Source: Escherichia phage vB_EcoM_ESCO10. From it: a stretch of DNA of 64,000 bases. Under the pieces are notes generated by a model that saw only the letters and a program-made list of their open reading frames with translations, ran no database searches and was not told where the DNA came from. Where the stretch lies: the sequence record OM386655.1; one strand, given 5' to 3'. This document shows, piece by piece, positions 40,752 to 49,402 of this stretch. Both the position numbers and the translations under genes were made by a program. Every line of letters begins with the position of its first letter. The stretch's first letter is position 1.

Positions 40752-41291
40752 AAAATCTATCATTTTTATTTCGATACAAAAGAATTTTACAAAGAAGAAA
40801 ATTACAAACCGGTTAAAGGTCTTGGTCTTCCTGCTCATTCAACAATTAAAAAACCTTTAGAACCTAAAGAAGGATACGCAGTTGTATTTGATGAACGTAC
40901 CCAAGACTGGATTTATGAAGAAGACCATCGAGGCAAACGTGCATGGACTTTTAATAAAGAAGAAATTTTTATAAGTGACATTGGAAGTCCGGTTGGTATA
41001 ACTTTTGATGAGCCGGGCGAATTTGATATATGGACAGATGATGGCTGGAAAGAAGATGAAACATATAAACGAGTAATGATTCGCAATCAAAAAATCGAGG
41101 GGTTTTATAAAGAATTCCAGGTATTAAGTAATATGGTTGAAGCCTCAGTCGCCGATAAGAAAGAAAAATTCTATCACCAGAATCTTAAACGTTTCTTTGC
41201 TCTTTTAGAAAAACATGAACACTTGGGTGGTGAATTCCCGGCTTGGCCAGAAAAAGATAAAAAGCCTTGGTATAAGTGCTTTTTCAAATAA
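40749..41291 (+). CDS. 38: tail-fibre assembly chaperone gp38 (T4-type)
   Basis: 180 aa; very high similarity to recalled T4 gp38 (MKIYH.YFDTKEFYKEENYKPVKGLGLPAHSTIKKPLEPKEGYAVVFDERTQDWIYEEDHRGKRAWTFNKEEIF...). Confidence 0.9.
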   Translation: MKIYHFYFDTKEFYKEENYKPVKGLGLPAHSTIKKPLEPKEGYAVVFDERTQDWIYEEDHRGKRAWTFNKEEIFISDIGSPVGITFDEPGEFDIWTDDGWKEDETYKRVMIRNQKIEGFYKEFQVLSNMVEASVADKKEKFYHQNLKRFFALLEKHEHLGGEFPAWPEKDKKPWYKCFFK

Positions 41292-41303
41292 TACTTCTAT
41301 ATT

Positions 41304-41311
41304 ATAAATAT
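41304..41311 (+). promoter_or_regulatory. late promoter TATAAATA for holin gene t
   Basis: Exact late consensus 18 nt upstream of t ATG. Confidence 0.6.
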
Positions 41312-41328
41312 CTTTAAAGGAGAAAAGT

Positions 41329-41982
41329 ATGGAACCAAAAGTAGGATTTTCATTAACAGACCTACTTTTTGGACTTCTTGATAGAATTTTTAAAGATACT
41401 ACTTCCGGGAAAGTAGTTTTTTCCCGGGTCCTAGTCGTAATATTATTGTTCTTTATGACATTGATTTGGTATAAAGGCGAGTATATTCTAAACTTTTACA
41501 AAGAGACAACTTATGCCTCTTATACTGAAATGATTAGACAAGACCAGGACAATAGATTTAAAATTGCGGCTATCGAGCAGCTCCGAATAGTGCATTCTTC
41601 TTCAGGCGCAGACTTCACAGCAATATATTCTTTTAGGCCGACCAACATGAATTATTTTGTGGATATGGTAGCTTATGAGGGTAAATTACCAGAAACGGTA
41701 GACGCAAAAAATACGGGAGGGTTTCCGATTGACAAAACGTCAGTAGAGTATATGGCGGGAGTTAACGGGAACTATTTTGAATCATCTACTGAATCAGTGT
41801 TTCTCCCTACAAAAGAGAAAACTTATTTCACTTATATGTTTTCGTGCCCGTTTTTTAATTTGGATAACATCTATGCCGGTTCGATATCATTATACTGGTA
41901 TGACATCAAACCGGATTTAGGATTTCCTAGACTTTCGTCTATGTGTGGTCAGGCCGGGAGGACATTAGGTCGAACTCGTTAA
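41329..41982 (+). CDS. t: holin T
   Basis: 217 aa; similarity to recalled T4 holin (..DLLFG.LDR.FKD...GKV..SRV.VVILLF.M...WY ... YSCP.FNLDNIYAG); single N-terminal TM segment. Confidence 0.85.
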   Translation: MEPKVGFSLTDLLFGLLDRIFKDTTSGKVVFSRVLVVILLFFMTLIWYKGEYILNFYKETTYASYTEMIRQDQDNRFKIAAIEQLRIVHSSSGADFTAIYSFRPTNMNYFVDMVAYEGKLPETVDAKNTGGFPIDKTSVEYMAGVNGNYFESSTESVFLPTKEKTYFTYMFSCPFFNLDNIYAGSISLYWYDIKPDLGFPRLSSMCGQAGRTLGRTR

Positions 41983-42254
41983 AAATTGGAGGTATACATC
42001 ATTAGATAACGGTGTATATCTTCATACCCTTCATTAAATTGCTCAATAAGAGTATCACGTTCATCTTCAGTTAAAGACTTAAAGAGTTTATTAAAAGATA
42101 GACCATTAAGTTCCTTTCCTTGTTCATTACGAATACCTAGCTCGTTCAAAAAGGCAATAAACTCATCACGACGTTGCATGATGTCTTCACAATCCGTTTT
42201 AATTAAAATAGAAACAATAGTAGCAATTTCAGAAACGATTTCAATTTTAGTCAT
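41979..42254 (-). CDS. asiA: anti-sigma70 factor AsiA
   Basis: 91 aa; similarity to recalled T4 AsiA (..IVSEIATIVSILIK...FIAFLNE ... EQFNEGYE..HRYLMMYT); converges on t. Confidence 0.8.
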   Translation of the reverse strand: MTKIEIVSEIATIVSILIKTDCEDIMQRRDEFIAFLNELGIRNEQGKELNGLSFNKLFKSLTEDERDTLIEQFNEGYEDIHRYLMMYTSNF

Positions 42255-42312
42255 TTTAATTTACTCAAGTATTCAATAGGACGTTCATTTATTCAGTAAG
42301 AATATTGTAACA

Positions 42313-42477
42313 CTATTCTTCTAGGTTGTACACATGATTTTTCATCCGTACAACATATTCCTGATATATCTCTTCTACTGGTTCCTGGAACTTAAAATCA
42401 GCTCCCAGGAATTCCTCAAAGCACTCCTGCTCACGTGTACGTTGACCTGATACAGTGTTCTCTAAGTTATGACTCAT
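42313..42477 (-). CDS. small acidic protein (54 aa)
   Basis: Track ORF 42313..42564 trimmed to internal Met MSHNLENTVSGQ..; upstream part is better explained by the overlapping basic-peptide ORF. Confidence 0.3.
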   Translation of the reverse strand: MSHNLENTVSGQRTREQECFEEFLGADFKFQEPVEEIYQEYVVRMKNHVYNLEE

Positions 42478-42586
42478 AGCCTTTACCCTTATGTTTCTGT
42501 TTACGAGTTGACTCTTTAAAGTTTTTCTTCTTGTCCTTATGGACAGAAGCCTTATTGAAATCATGCTTAGCTACTAGATTATTCAT
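42467..42586 (-). CDS. small Lys-rich basic peptide (39 aa), not in ORF track
   Basis: MNNLVAKHDFNKASVHKDKKKNFKESTRKQKHKGKGYES; ATG 2 nt after upstream stop; stop overlaps next start. Confidence 0.25.
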   Translation of the reverse strand: MNNLVAKHDFNKASVHKDKKKNFKESTRKQKHKGKGYES

Positions 42587-42776
42587 AATGTGCAATTACC
42601 TCTCTTAAACATCCACCTGTAAGACTGAAACGCTTGGCTACCCCACACTCAATGATATGTTCTGAAAGCATATTCACATCAGTATAACCCAGCTCGACGA
42701 TGAAGTATTTTATAGTTTCCTTATCACGAGAATTTAAACTACTGAAATACTCTGATTTTGAATTAAGAGTCTTCAT
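42579..42776 (-). CDS. hypothetical protein (65 aa)
   Basis: Track ORF in asiA-motA interval (T4 has arn and motA.1 here). Confidence 0.4.
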   Translation of the reverse strand: MKTLNSKSEYFSSLNSRDKETIKYFIVELGYTDVNMLSEHIIECGVAKRFSLTGGCLREVIAHYE

Positions 42777-43038
42777 GTAATTTCCTTAATTGATATTCTA
42801 AAGAGCTAATAATTTCTTTATTAGTTGCGATATACATATCACGTAGGAATGGCTTAAGGCCTTCCATATTCCCATGAATGGTCTTAGAACTAATATTCTT
42901 TATATATTCATGGTCTAAAGCGTCCCATGCCGGTTGGTTGACATAAGTACCCCAGTTATCTTCCATCATAGCATTCAGACGCTTGATATGATTAATGTGG
43001 GCTTCAATAGCATCAATCTGGATTTGTTTAAGGTTCAT
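42763..43038 (-). CDS. hypothetical protein (91 aa)
   Basis: Track ORF. Confidence 0.4.
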   Translation of the reverse strand: MNLKQIQIDAIEAHINHIKRLNAMMEDNWGTYVNQPAWDALDHEYIKNISSKTIHGNMEGLKPFLRDMYIATNKEIISSLEYQLRKLHEDS

Positions 43039-43508
43039 TAGTAAAGGTCCTCTGAATAAAGTTCGTCTTCGCGCCCGCCACGTTCAATACGTACCTGGCC
43101 TGCATAAGTAGCAATAATCATGGCTTCTTTACGGGTCCAATAATTGCTGTATTGGTCGATAAATCCTTGGTCATCACCACATACCTGACATGAAACAACT
43201 CTGTCTTCAACTGCATCTAATACAGCAGCCATGTCTTTAGAATAATGACGAGCACCCGGAATAATGAGTGTTCCACCTTCCTTTAATTTAAAACGGTTCG
43301 CTGCTGAAACAATACGTCGTTGGAATTTCTGGTCATTACACCAGTACCCAAGTTCCCAACAGATTTCAGGAACTTCATCCAGGACATCTTGTTCTGTATA
43401 TTCACCACCATAAGAAGCTAATTTAGCAGCCAGACTTTCAGGAGTCTCGCGTGACAGAGCTTTATCTAACAGAGCCAAACGTTCTTCAAATGTTTTCATT
43501 TGAACCAT
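43038..43508 (-). CDS. hypothetical protein (156 aa)
   Basis: Track ORF; 1-nt overlap with downstream gene. Confidence 0.45.
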   Translation of the reverse strand: MVQMKTFEERLALLDKALSRETPESLAAKLASYGGEYTEQDVLDEVPEICWELGYWCNDQKFQRRIVSAANRFKLKEGGTLIIPGARHYSKDMAAVLDAVEDRVVSCQVCGDDQGFIDQYSNYWTRKEAMIIATYAGQVRIERGGREDELYSEDLY

Positions 43509-43825
43509 CCTTTAACACGTTGCCAGAGGCTTTTCTGTTGAGCTTTATTAGCACCAATTGAGCGGATAACCGGTTGTGATTCCTGGTATTCTTTGTAGTC
43601 TGCCTGATACACTTCATAAGCAATAGGAACAAAGGAGCTGATGGCAGCCATAAAGTTCTTACGAATTCCCATAGAAGCTTCAGAACCACCACGGATGATT
43701 AAGTATTTACCCGCTTTAATCTTAACAATAGTGCCGAGATAAGCGCCATGGTACCAAATGTCCCAACCTTCTTGAGTAGGTTCTGCACAACGACGAAGTT
43801 CATTAACAATATTCAGCTTGTTCAT
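43496..43825 (-). CDS. hypothetical protein (109 aa)
   Basis: Track ORF. Confidence 0.45.
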   Translation of the reverse strand: MNKLNIVNELRRCAEPTQEGWDIWYHGAYLGTIVKIKAGKYLIIRGGSEASMGIRKNFMAAISSFVPIAYEVYQADYKEYQESQPVIRSIGANKAQQKSLWQRVKGWFK

Positions 43826-43843
43826 AATAATTTCCTCAGTCAG

Positions 43844-44476
43844 TTAAATTGCATTAGTTACGGTTTTGATAACTTCAGATGATACGTTTTGGAAGTCAAT
43901 ATAAGTATTCTTACCACCAGTCTTAATCTTAACATCAAGGTTCAAGGAAGTAAACACTTGTTTTTCTTTATCAGACATATTATAACCGAAGATGCGCATC
44001 ATTCCATCACGACGAACTTCGATTTGACGAATACCTGCAGTACGTTTTGCGAATCGAACTTCAAGATTACTACGGTTTTCAGCGATTTCACGAATCTCAA
44101 TACGTTCTTCTAACAAAGCTTTGACTTCATCAGCCAGAGTAATCATTTCTGGAGTAACACCACGTGAACTACGTGTTTTACGTTTTTCCAGCATCTCTGG
44201 AGCATTTTCAGAAGCGAACAAATCGGCAGCTTTTTGAACTAGGTCCATTGCTTCACCTGTAGCCACTAAACCGTCACCAGATTTTTCGATAAAACCTTTC
44301 TTAATCAATACACCAATGTTAGAGTTAACTACCGCGGCACTAAATTGCTCACTCAGGGCTTCACGGACTTCGCCTGAAGTGATGAAGTTGTGCTTGATGA
44401 TATGTACTAAGATCGAAGCAGTTTTTTCATTCAGGACGTCTTCAGAAGCTTTGATGATATAAGTAATTTTAGACAT
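43844..44476 (-). CDS. motA: middle-transcription activator MotA
   Basis: Internal Met MSKITYIIKASEDVLNEKTA.. matches recalled T4 MotA (211 aa); RBS GGAG; the track N-terminal 32 residues are promoter read-through. Confidence 0.85.
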   Translation of the reverse strand: MSKITYIIKASEDVLNEKTASILVHIIKHNFITSGEVREALSEQFSAAVVNSNIGVLIKKGFIEKSGDGLVATGEAMDLVQKAADLFASENAPEMLEKRKTRSSRGVTPEMITLADEVKALLEERIEIREIAENRSNLEVRFAKRTAGIRQIEVRRDGMMRIFGYNMSDKEKQVFTSLNLDVKIKTGGKNTYIDFQNVSSEVIKTVTNAI

Positions 44477-44510
44477 TTTAATCTCCGATAACCATTTATT
44501 TGATAGGTCT

Positions 44511-44539
44511 ATAGTATCATGTTTAAAGCATAAGTAAAC
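44511..44539 (-). promoter_or_regulatory. early promoter GTTTAC-N17-TACTAT for motA with an embedded MotA box (TGCTTTA) in the spacer
   Basis: minus strand GTTTACttaTGCTTTAaacatgaTACTAT. Confidence 0.5.
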
Positions 44540-44562
44540 ACTTTTTTGCACTAAACCCAAAA

Positions 44563-44580
44563 AGGAACCCAAAGGTTCCT
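44563..44580 (-). terminator. intrinsic terminator AGGAACC-uuug-GGUUCCU plus U-run
   Basis: Perfect 7-bp stem followed on minus strand by TTTTTGGGTTT; directly after the stop of small ORF 44580..44684. Confidence 0.55.
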
Positions 44581-44684
44581 TAGTTTTTGAAGTGGGCTGC
44601 TATTAAACCTATAGCTAGACCTGTCGCTAGGCCTAGAATAACGGCAAAGATGCAGAGTAACAAGAACTCTACTCCGAAGCTCAT
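44580..44684 (-). CDS. small membrane peptide (34 aa), not in ORF track
   Basis: MSFGVEFLLLCIFAVILGLATGLAIGLIAAHFKN; ATG overlaps gp52 stop (ATGA); followed by terminator. Confidence 0.4.
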   Translation of the reverse strand: MSFGVEFLLLCIFAVILGLATGLAIGLIAAHFKN

Positions 44685-46060
44685 AGAGCCTCCAAATCTT
44701 TAACGTACTCGGTCACTACATCAGTAGTTTTCCAGTATTGGTGCTCTTCTTTCTTAGCCTTGGCTTCCAAAGCCAGTTTCTTAGCTTCGTCAGATGTGAT
44801 GTGGAAAATATTCATTGCTACGAGTTTATCAGCGTATTCACCGTAGACTTTATTACTAGCCAATTCCTCAGTTAAAACTTTGCGAGTTTTACCTTGGATA
44901 ACTACTACACCATCAATAACATCTTTAATGAATGTGGCTTTAGCCAGTGCCAGTTTAAATGCTTGTTCGGTTTCGACGATTTTACCGTCAATACGTTTTT
45001 GAACAAAGGTCTTACGGACCTCAACGAAATCACGAATCAGTTCAACAGCATCTTCGTAAACCTTGAGCTTACCTTTCTCATTAATAACTGTCAAGTTTTG
45101 TGAACGACGTTCGATTAACCCGAAGTCCTTCATAATTTTTTCGTGCTTCTTATTTTCTTCAGTAGGTAATTCATATTCTTTACGAATTTTTACCTTGAAG
45201 CCGAAACCATTCTCATCGCAGTCGTCATCATACGTGATATACCCTTTGTCTTCCAGAGGGTCCAGTACTTTGGCCACGTATGTTTCACGGTCGTATTTGT
45301 ATGGGATTTCTGTGATATGCATTTGGGTTCGGGATGTGAACTTATACGTACCACGTAGTTCATAACTTCCAGGTTCAATCTCAATCACGTCTCCGCGGAA
45401 TTCCGGGTAAGCCACTTTAGGCTTAGTTACTCGTTTTTCTTGGAGAACCTGCAATACAGCTTTCTTAACAGAATCAAAACTATGAGGAAGAATATTAGTT
45501 GCATAACCAGTTGCAATACCGGAAATACCATTAAGAAGAACAGTAGGAATAATAGGCAGATAAAAAGCCGGTGGCTTATGTTCGACGTCCGCATGAACCG
45601 GTGCATATTCTGTATCCTTATAAACCTTTGCGAAATTAGTTCCAATACGAGCAAAAATATAACGAGAGGCAGCCGCTTTTTGAACTAAACGAGAGCCGAA
45701 GTTACCTTGTCCATCTAACAAAGGGAAGTTATTGTTCCACGTGTTGGCCATCAAAGCCCCGGCTTCCTGGGCAGAGCCTTCACCGTGGTGGTATCCAAGA
45801 TCAGCTACACCACCCGCAATAGAAGCAAGTTTGTGGAATTTTTCTTTATTACCACGAGCCATATCAAGACAACGAGCAACTACAAATCGTTGTACAGGTT
45901 TAAAGCCGTCAATCATATTTGGAATGGCCCGGTTTTCGACAGTATACATTGCATAAGCCAACGCTTCATTGTCGATAATGCTTTTTAAGTCACGTCGAGT
46001 AAAAGCATCGTCGTAAACATCTAAAGCTTGTTTAAAAAGAGTATCAATTACATCAGCCAT
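44681..46060 (-). CDS. 52: DNA topoisomerase II medium subunit gp52
   Basis: 459 aa; type IIA topoisomerase A-subunit-like N-terminal region with catalytic-Tyr neighbourhood; T4 gp52 is 442 aa. Confidence 0.8.
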   Translation of the reverse strand: MADVIDTLFKQALDVYDDAFTRRDLKSIIDNEALAYAMYTVENRAIPNMIDGFKPVQRFVVARCLDMARGNKEKFHKLASIAGGVADLGYHHGEGSAQEAGALMANTWNNNFPLLDGQGNFGSRLVQKAAASRYIFARIGTNFAKVYKDTEYAPVHADVEHKPPAFYLPIIPTVLLNGISGIATGYATNILPHSFDSVKKAVLQVLQEKRVTKPKVAYPEFRGDVIEIEPGSYELRGTYKFTSRTQMHITEIPYKYDRETYVAKVLDPLEDKGYITYDDDCDENGFGFKVKIRKEYELPTEENKKHEKIMKDFGLIERRSQNLTVINEKGKLKVYEDAVELIRDFVEVRKTFVQKRIDGKIVETEQAFKLALAKATFIKDVIDGVVVIQGKTRKVLTEELASNKVYGEYADKLVAMNIFHITSDEAKKLALEAKAKKEEHQYWKTTDVVTEYVKDLEAL

Positions 46061-46064
46061 AATT

Positions 46065-46205
46065 TTACCATACTAGTGAATGAATAGCCATAATAACATC
46101 GGAAATAAAAAGCACAACTTGGATAAGTCCGAACATTACTCCATAATACAGTGCTACTAACAAAGCAGCAAGGGCTAACGAGTAGCCCAAGATTTGTTTA
46201 ATCAT
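46065..46205 (-). CDS. small hydrophobic membrane peptide (46 aa), not in ORF track
   Basis: MIKQILGYSLALAALLVALYYGVMFGLIQVVLFISDVIMAIHSLVW; ends 5 nt before gp52 ATG; ATGA overlap with upstream peptide gene. Confidence 0.4.
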   Translation of the reverse strand: MIKQILGYSLALAALLVALYYGVMFGLIQVVLFISDVIMAIHSLVW

Positions 46206-46366
46206 TTATTAACCACTGATTCTAGAAATTTGACTAAGGCATCCAGTACAAACCATGTGCAAATAAATCCTGTAAAAAAATCACCCGGGACCCATACACC
46301 TGTAGCAAAAAGAGTCACAGCAACGATAACAGCTACGAGCCAGATAAAAGTAAAAACTGTTTGCAT
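46202..46366 (-). CDS. small hydrophobic membrane peptide (54 aa), not in ORF track
   Basis: MQTVFTFIWLVAVIVAVTLFATGVWVPGDFFTGFICTWFVLDALVKFLESVVNK; RBS GAGGA upstream. Confidence 0.4.
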   Translation of the reverse strand: MQTVFTFIWLVAVIVAVTLFATGVWVPGDFFTGFICTWFVLDALVKFLESVVNK

Positions 46367-46378
46367 ATTTTCCTCACA

Positions 46379-46394
46379 GGCGTCCGAAGACGCC
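46379..46394 (-). promoter_or_regulatory. UUCG-tetraloop hairpin GGCGUC-uucg-GACGCC just 5' of an RBS
   Basis: Perfect 6-bp stem upstream of RBS of ORF 46202..46366. Confidence 0.4.
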
Positions 46395-46446
46395 GGTAAT
46401 TTTAAGATTATTACGATGCCATTGCATCACATGTTCGTTATAGAAA

Positions 46447-46620
46447 TTACTCATATATACCACACATTTTGCATAAACGTTCAAAACATATATATCCGCC
46501 ACCAAAACACATCGCGACAGCGACTTTATCATTAAATGGCGCACCAAAGGCCATAAAGGCTCCAGCCATTGTGAATAAAGCTAAAACAAATATATAACCT
46601 GTTACAAGTAGATGTTTCAT
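46447..46620 (-). CDS. small membrane protein with Cys-rich C-terminus (57 aa), not in ORF track
   Basis: [57 protein letters not shown]; ATG overlaps ndd stop (TAATG). Confidence 0.4.
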   Translation of the reverse strand: MKHLLVTGYIFVLALFTMAGAFMAFGAPFNDKVAVAMCFGGGYICFERLCKMCGIYE

Positions 46621-47069
46621 TAGTATGCCTGCAGAATGAATTTAAAGTTATCAGCCAGGATTCGGTTCATTTCTTCCAGGGTCTGGAGGTCTGAACTATG
46701 ATTACGAGTGAAAGCCATTGCAATTTGGCCTTTACCAAAACCTGTAGTCAGAGGTTTCATTTTAGAAGCAGGTACATAAAGAACTTCATACAGGACACTG
46801 TTAGTTTTCATGGTACGGTTGGCTTGAGAACGAGCTGAACGAATATTCTTAAGAACACCATCCAGACCTTGTCCTGAGCGCTGGTTACCTACATAGAAGC
46901 GAGCAGCTACGATACGGTTTTCACCAACACCTTTAACAAAGAAATAGAAGCCTGGTTGGGCTGCTGTTTCTTTAGAAGGCCTGCCAATTTTGTATTCGCC
47001 GTTCATAACGTAAGCAACGGTAGTAGCACCAGCAGTCAGAACATTTTTGCGAGTCATATAAGTAGTCAT
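46620..47069 (-). CDS. ndd: nucleoid disruption protein Ndd
   Basis: 149 aa; strong similarity to recalled T4 Ndd ([10 protein letters not shown] ... [24 protein letters not shown] ... [19 protein letters not shown]). Confidence 0.85.
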   Translation of the reverse strand: MTTYMTRKNVLTAGATTVAYVMNGEYKIGRPSKETAAQPGFYFFVKGVGENRIVAARFYVGNQRSGQGLDGVLKNIRSARSQANRTMKTNSVLYEVLYVPASKMKPLTTGFGKGQIAMAFTRNHSSDLQTLEEMNRILADNFKFILQAY

Positions 47070-47113
47070 ATCAATTTCCTCAGTAAATGATTTATTATCC
47101 AGTCAACGAGAAC

Positions 47114-47143
47114 CATTATAACATGATTCTCGAGGTTGTAAAC
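47114..47143 (-). promoter_or_regulatory. early promoter GTTTAC-N16-TATAAT for ndd
   Basis: Upstream of ndd RBS GAGGA. Confidence 0.5.
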
Positions 47144-47484
47144 TATTTTTGTAGCTGTTCTAAAATAAATCCAGACGTATAAAATGAAGCATTATAAACC
47201 TTATTAAGAGGGTTCAAAGCACGTCCGTAGGTATCACGCAATTCTTTGATAACATTTTCATAGCTTACATAGTAAGCATTGCGATAGTCTGGGTCCAGGC
47301 TCATACGGAATTTAATGAATCGATAGAAGCCTGTTTCAGGGTCTTGAATGAAAACAAAATCAGAACTCATCACAGGTTTTAGTTGTAACCCTGGAATCTG
47401 CCCTTGATTACATAACGATGCGTCTTGAAGGCTGAGTTGTTTAAAGAACATCACCTTAGAGTTACCAAAAAAGACTTTAGACAT
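47143..47484 (-). CDS. hypothetical protein (113 aa)
   Basis: Track ORF. Confidence 0.45.
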   Translation of the reverse strand: MSKVFFGNSKVMFFKQLSLQDASLCNQGQIPGLQLKPVMSSDFVFIQDPETGFYRFIKFRMSLDPDYRNAYYVSYENVIKELRDTYGRALNPLNKVYNASFYTSGFILEQLQK

Positions 47485-47498
47485 GATATTTTCCTCAA

Positions 47499-47744
47499 TT
47501 ATTCAGGGTCTACAGCGCCATCCCATGGGTCAACTTCTTCAGATGATTCCATAAGTTCATCGACTGTAAAGCACTCGGTATTATTTTCAATAGCAAAACG
47601 TTTTTGATAAAAAGGATAATCCAAACAATTTTCAGTACGTACAGGACGTTCACTAGAATCCATCAGAGGAGAAATACGAATCAGCTGCTGACCGTTACTA
47701 AGAACAAATTTCTCACCAACTTCAACGTCTTTAAAAAGTTTCAT
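47499..47744 (-). CDS. hypothetical protein (81 aa)
   Basis: Track ORF 47499..47792 trimmed to MKLFKDVEVGEK.. with RBS GAGG; the longer form would overlap the upstream peptide gene. Confidence 0.45.
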   Translation of the reverse strand: MKLFKDVEVGEKFVLSNGQQLIRISPLMDSSERPVRTENCLDYPFYQKRFAIENNTECFTVDELMESSEEVDPWDGAVDPE

Positions 47745-47754
47745 AATGTTATCC

Positions 47755-47871
47755 TCAGAAGAAATAGTTAAAATATACACGTACATGGTCAATCATAAAA
47801 GCGATTGGGAAAATGCATAATACCATAAACAGAATAAACATGTTCCAAATTGCTTTAAGTAACTTTTTCAT
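47755..47871 (-). CDS. small membrane peptide (38 aa), not in ORF track
   Basis: MKKLLKAIWNMFILFMVLCIFPIAFMIDHVRVYFNYFF; RBS GGAG 7 nt upstream; promoter at 47898..47926. Confidence 0.4.
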   Translation of the reverse strand: MKKLLKAIWNMFILFMVLCIFPIAFMIDHVRVYFNYFF

Positions 47872-47897
47872 AATCATCTCCATTAGTTGATAGGTCT

Positions 47898-47926
47898 ATA
47901 GTATCATGTCTAATAGAGATGTAAAC
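47898..47926 (-). promoter_or_regulatory. early promoter GTTTAC-N17-TACTAT
   Basis: Upstream of ORF 47755..47871. Confidence 0.5.
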
Positions 47927-48016
47927 TATTTTATGCAAGTTTTAACAACAATAAACTGAAGCATACACAAATAATTGGAATACACAACATCCAGATAAGG
48001 CACCACATTTTGCTAC

Positions 48017-48283
48017 TCAAAATATCACCTCTTTGATTTCAATCAATCCATCAGACAATGCAGTGCGGAGGTCATAAAGAATATCTATACCATCAATATT
48101 GTCCAGCTTACCATCAATAAGCTTTTTTAAATCACGCTTTGAGGCAACTAGTGGGCGAAGAAATTTACAATCAGAAAGAGATAACTCTGTAGTAACATCA
48201 TCACCATCACCTGACGCATCATACATAGCGGCAACAACCATACCTGTAACTTTGTGTTTGGCGTAGTATAATTTAATATCCAT
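48017..48283 (-). CDS. hypothetical protein (88 aa)
   Basis: Track ORF 48017..48322 trimmed to MDIKLYYAKHKV.. with RBS GAGGA; the track N-terminus is promoter read-through. Confidence 0.45.
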   Translation of the reverse strand: MDIKLYYAKHKVTGMVVAAMYDASGDGDDVTTELSLSDCKFLRPLVASKRDLKKLIDGKLDNIDGIDILYDLRTALSDGLIEIKEVIF

Positions 48284-48312
48284 TTTGTTTTCCTCTCGTA
48301 GTTGATAGGAAG

Positions 48313-48342
48313 ATAGTAACACCGTCCTTGGTGTATGTAAAC
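48313..48342 (-). promoter_or_regulatory. early promoter GTTTAC-N18-TACTAT
   Basis: Upstream of ORF 48017..48283. Confidence 0.45.
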
Positions 48343-48357
48343 TGATTTATGAAAAAA

Positions 48358-48978
48358 TTATAAGGCGAGATACCAGCCATTGTAATTGCTCTTACGGACT
48401 AGCTTTTTGATGGATTCTCTGTCACCAGAGAACTTAGGAGTGAACAGGACATCGCCTGTCTCATTTACTGAAGTGTCGAATATGATTATACAATCCGCAA
48501 CTTTATGATTCAAGAGCGGTCCCAGGTTAATCCCTGTTCCATAAGGGAAGTCACCGGAGTATCCTGTAGTACAGGAAATCCACTTAGAATCAGATTGGTG
48601 GGTCTTAACCTCTACACGTAGTCCACAATACATAGGATGGGCTAAAACATCCCAGGCATAGGTGTAAGGGTCATCATGGTCTTCCAGGCCACTGTTGACG
48701 TATCCATTCAACCAATCAGCAACCATGTACTCGGCGTACGTTGCGATGACACACCGAGTCAATACCTCTTTCTTATCTTGGGACGGGTCTTGACTTAAGG
48801 AATACAATACTGTATCCTTAATCTTAACCTTCATTTCGCCTGTCAAATCAGATGTCTTCAGGGTAAATGTCGGCATCTTCGACAGTCGAACTAGTCCCGG
48901 ATTTGACGGATTCATAATCACCACCAATATACAATTCTTCGACGTGAACATTACCAAAATAGATACGAGAGTTTTCAC
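48358..48978 (-). CDS. hypothetical protein (track 206 aa; true start probably internal, about 158-172 aa); possible denB by position
   Basis: Track ORF overlaps upstream ORF by 131 nt; internal Mets at 48876 or 48834 remove most of the overlap; lies in the ndd-rIIB interval where T4 has denB. Confidence 0.35.
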   Translation of the reverse strand: MKTLVSILVMFTSKNCILVVIMNPSNPGLVRLSKMPTFTLKTSDLTGEMKVKIKDTVLYSLSQDPSQDKKEVLTRCVIATYAEYMVADWLNGYVNSGLEDHDDPYTYAWDVLAHPMYCGLRVEVKTHQSDSKWISCTTGYSGDFPYGTGINLGPLLNHKVADCIIIFDTSVNETGDVLFTPKFSGDRESIKKLVRKSNYNGWYLAL

Positions 48979-49165
48979 TCAATTTACTGTGGTCTAATTT
49001 TTTAAGGTTTTCAACTGAATCGAAAATCACATCTGTTGCAAAAAGATGGCCTGTAGCTTTATCAGATGTGATTACATCTACGCAATAAACCTTATCGACC
49101 ACATGATTACCTTGGAGATAACTATCTTTGATATCTTCGTCGCCGACGTTCATGTAATTAATCAT
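48848..49165 (-). CDS. hypothetical protein (105 aa)
   Basis: Track ORF 48848..49177 starts at GTG; ATG at 49165 (MINYMNVGDED..) has SD GGTGAG and follows the upstream stop by 1 nt. Confidence 0.4.
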   Translation of the reverse strand: MINYMNVGDEDIKDSYLQGNHVVDKVYCVDVITSDKATGHLFATDVIFDSVENLKKLDHSKLSENSRIYFGNVHVEELYIGGDYESVKSGTSSTVEDADIYPEDI

Positions 49166-49166
49166 T

Positions 49167-49364
49167 TTACTCACCAAAATAAGAAATACGAACCTCTAAA
49201 CAATGAGCGTATGCACCCATCGCATCCAGTTGTGCAATCAGTAACCCTTGTTGACGGATATCAAGAGTTTCAAAAACACCACCTTTAATAAACTCTTCAA
49301 GAGCATTAATTTTCAGGGCCAATTGGTCATATTCTTCGATTACACGTGCTTGAAAACCTAACAT
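49167..49364 (-). CDS. hypothetical protein (65 aa)
   Basis: Track ORF; RBS GAGGAA; UUCG hairpin just upstream. Confidence 0.45.
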   Translation of the reverse strand: MLGFQARVIEEYDQLALKINALEEFIKGGVFETLDIRQQGLLIAQLDAMGAYAHCLEVRISYFGE

Positions 49365-49376
49365 AATTCCTCATTA

Positions 49377-49392
49377 GGAGGCCGAAGCCTCC
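49377..49392 (-). promoter_or_regulatory. UUCG-tetraloop hairpin GGAGGC-uucg-GCCUCC directly 5' of the RBS (second copy)
   Basis: Identical 21-mer to the element at 11449; sits between rIIB stop and ORF 49167..49364. Confidence 0.45.
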
Positions 49393-49402
49393 ATTTATTG
49401 AT

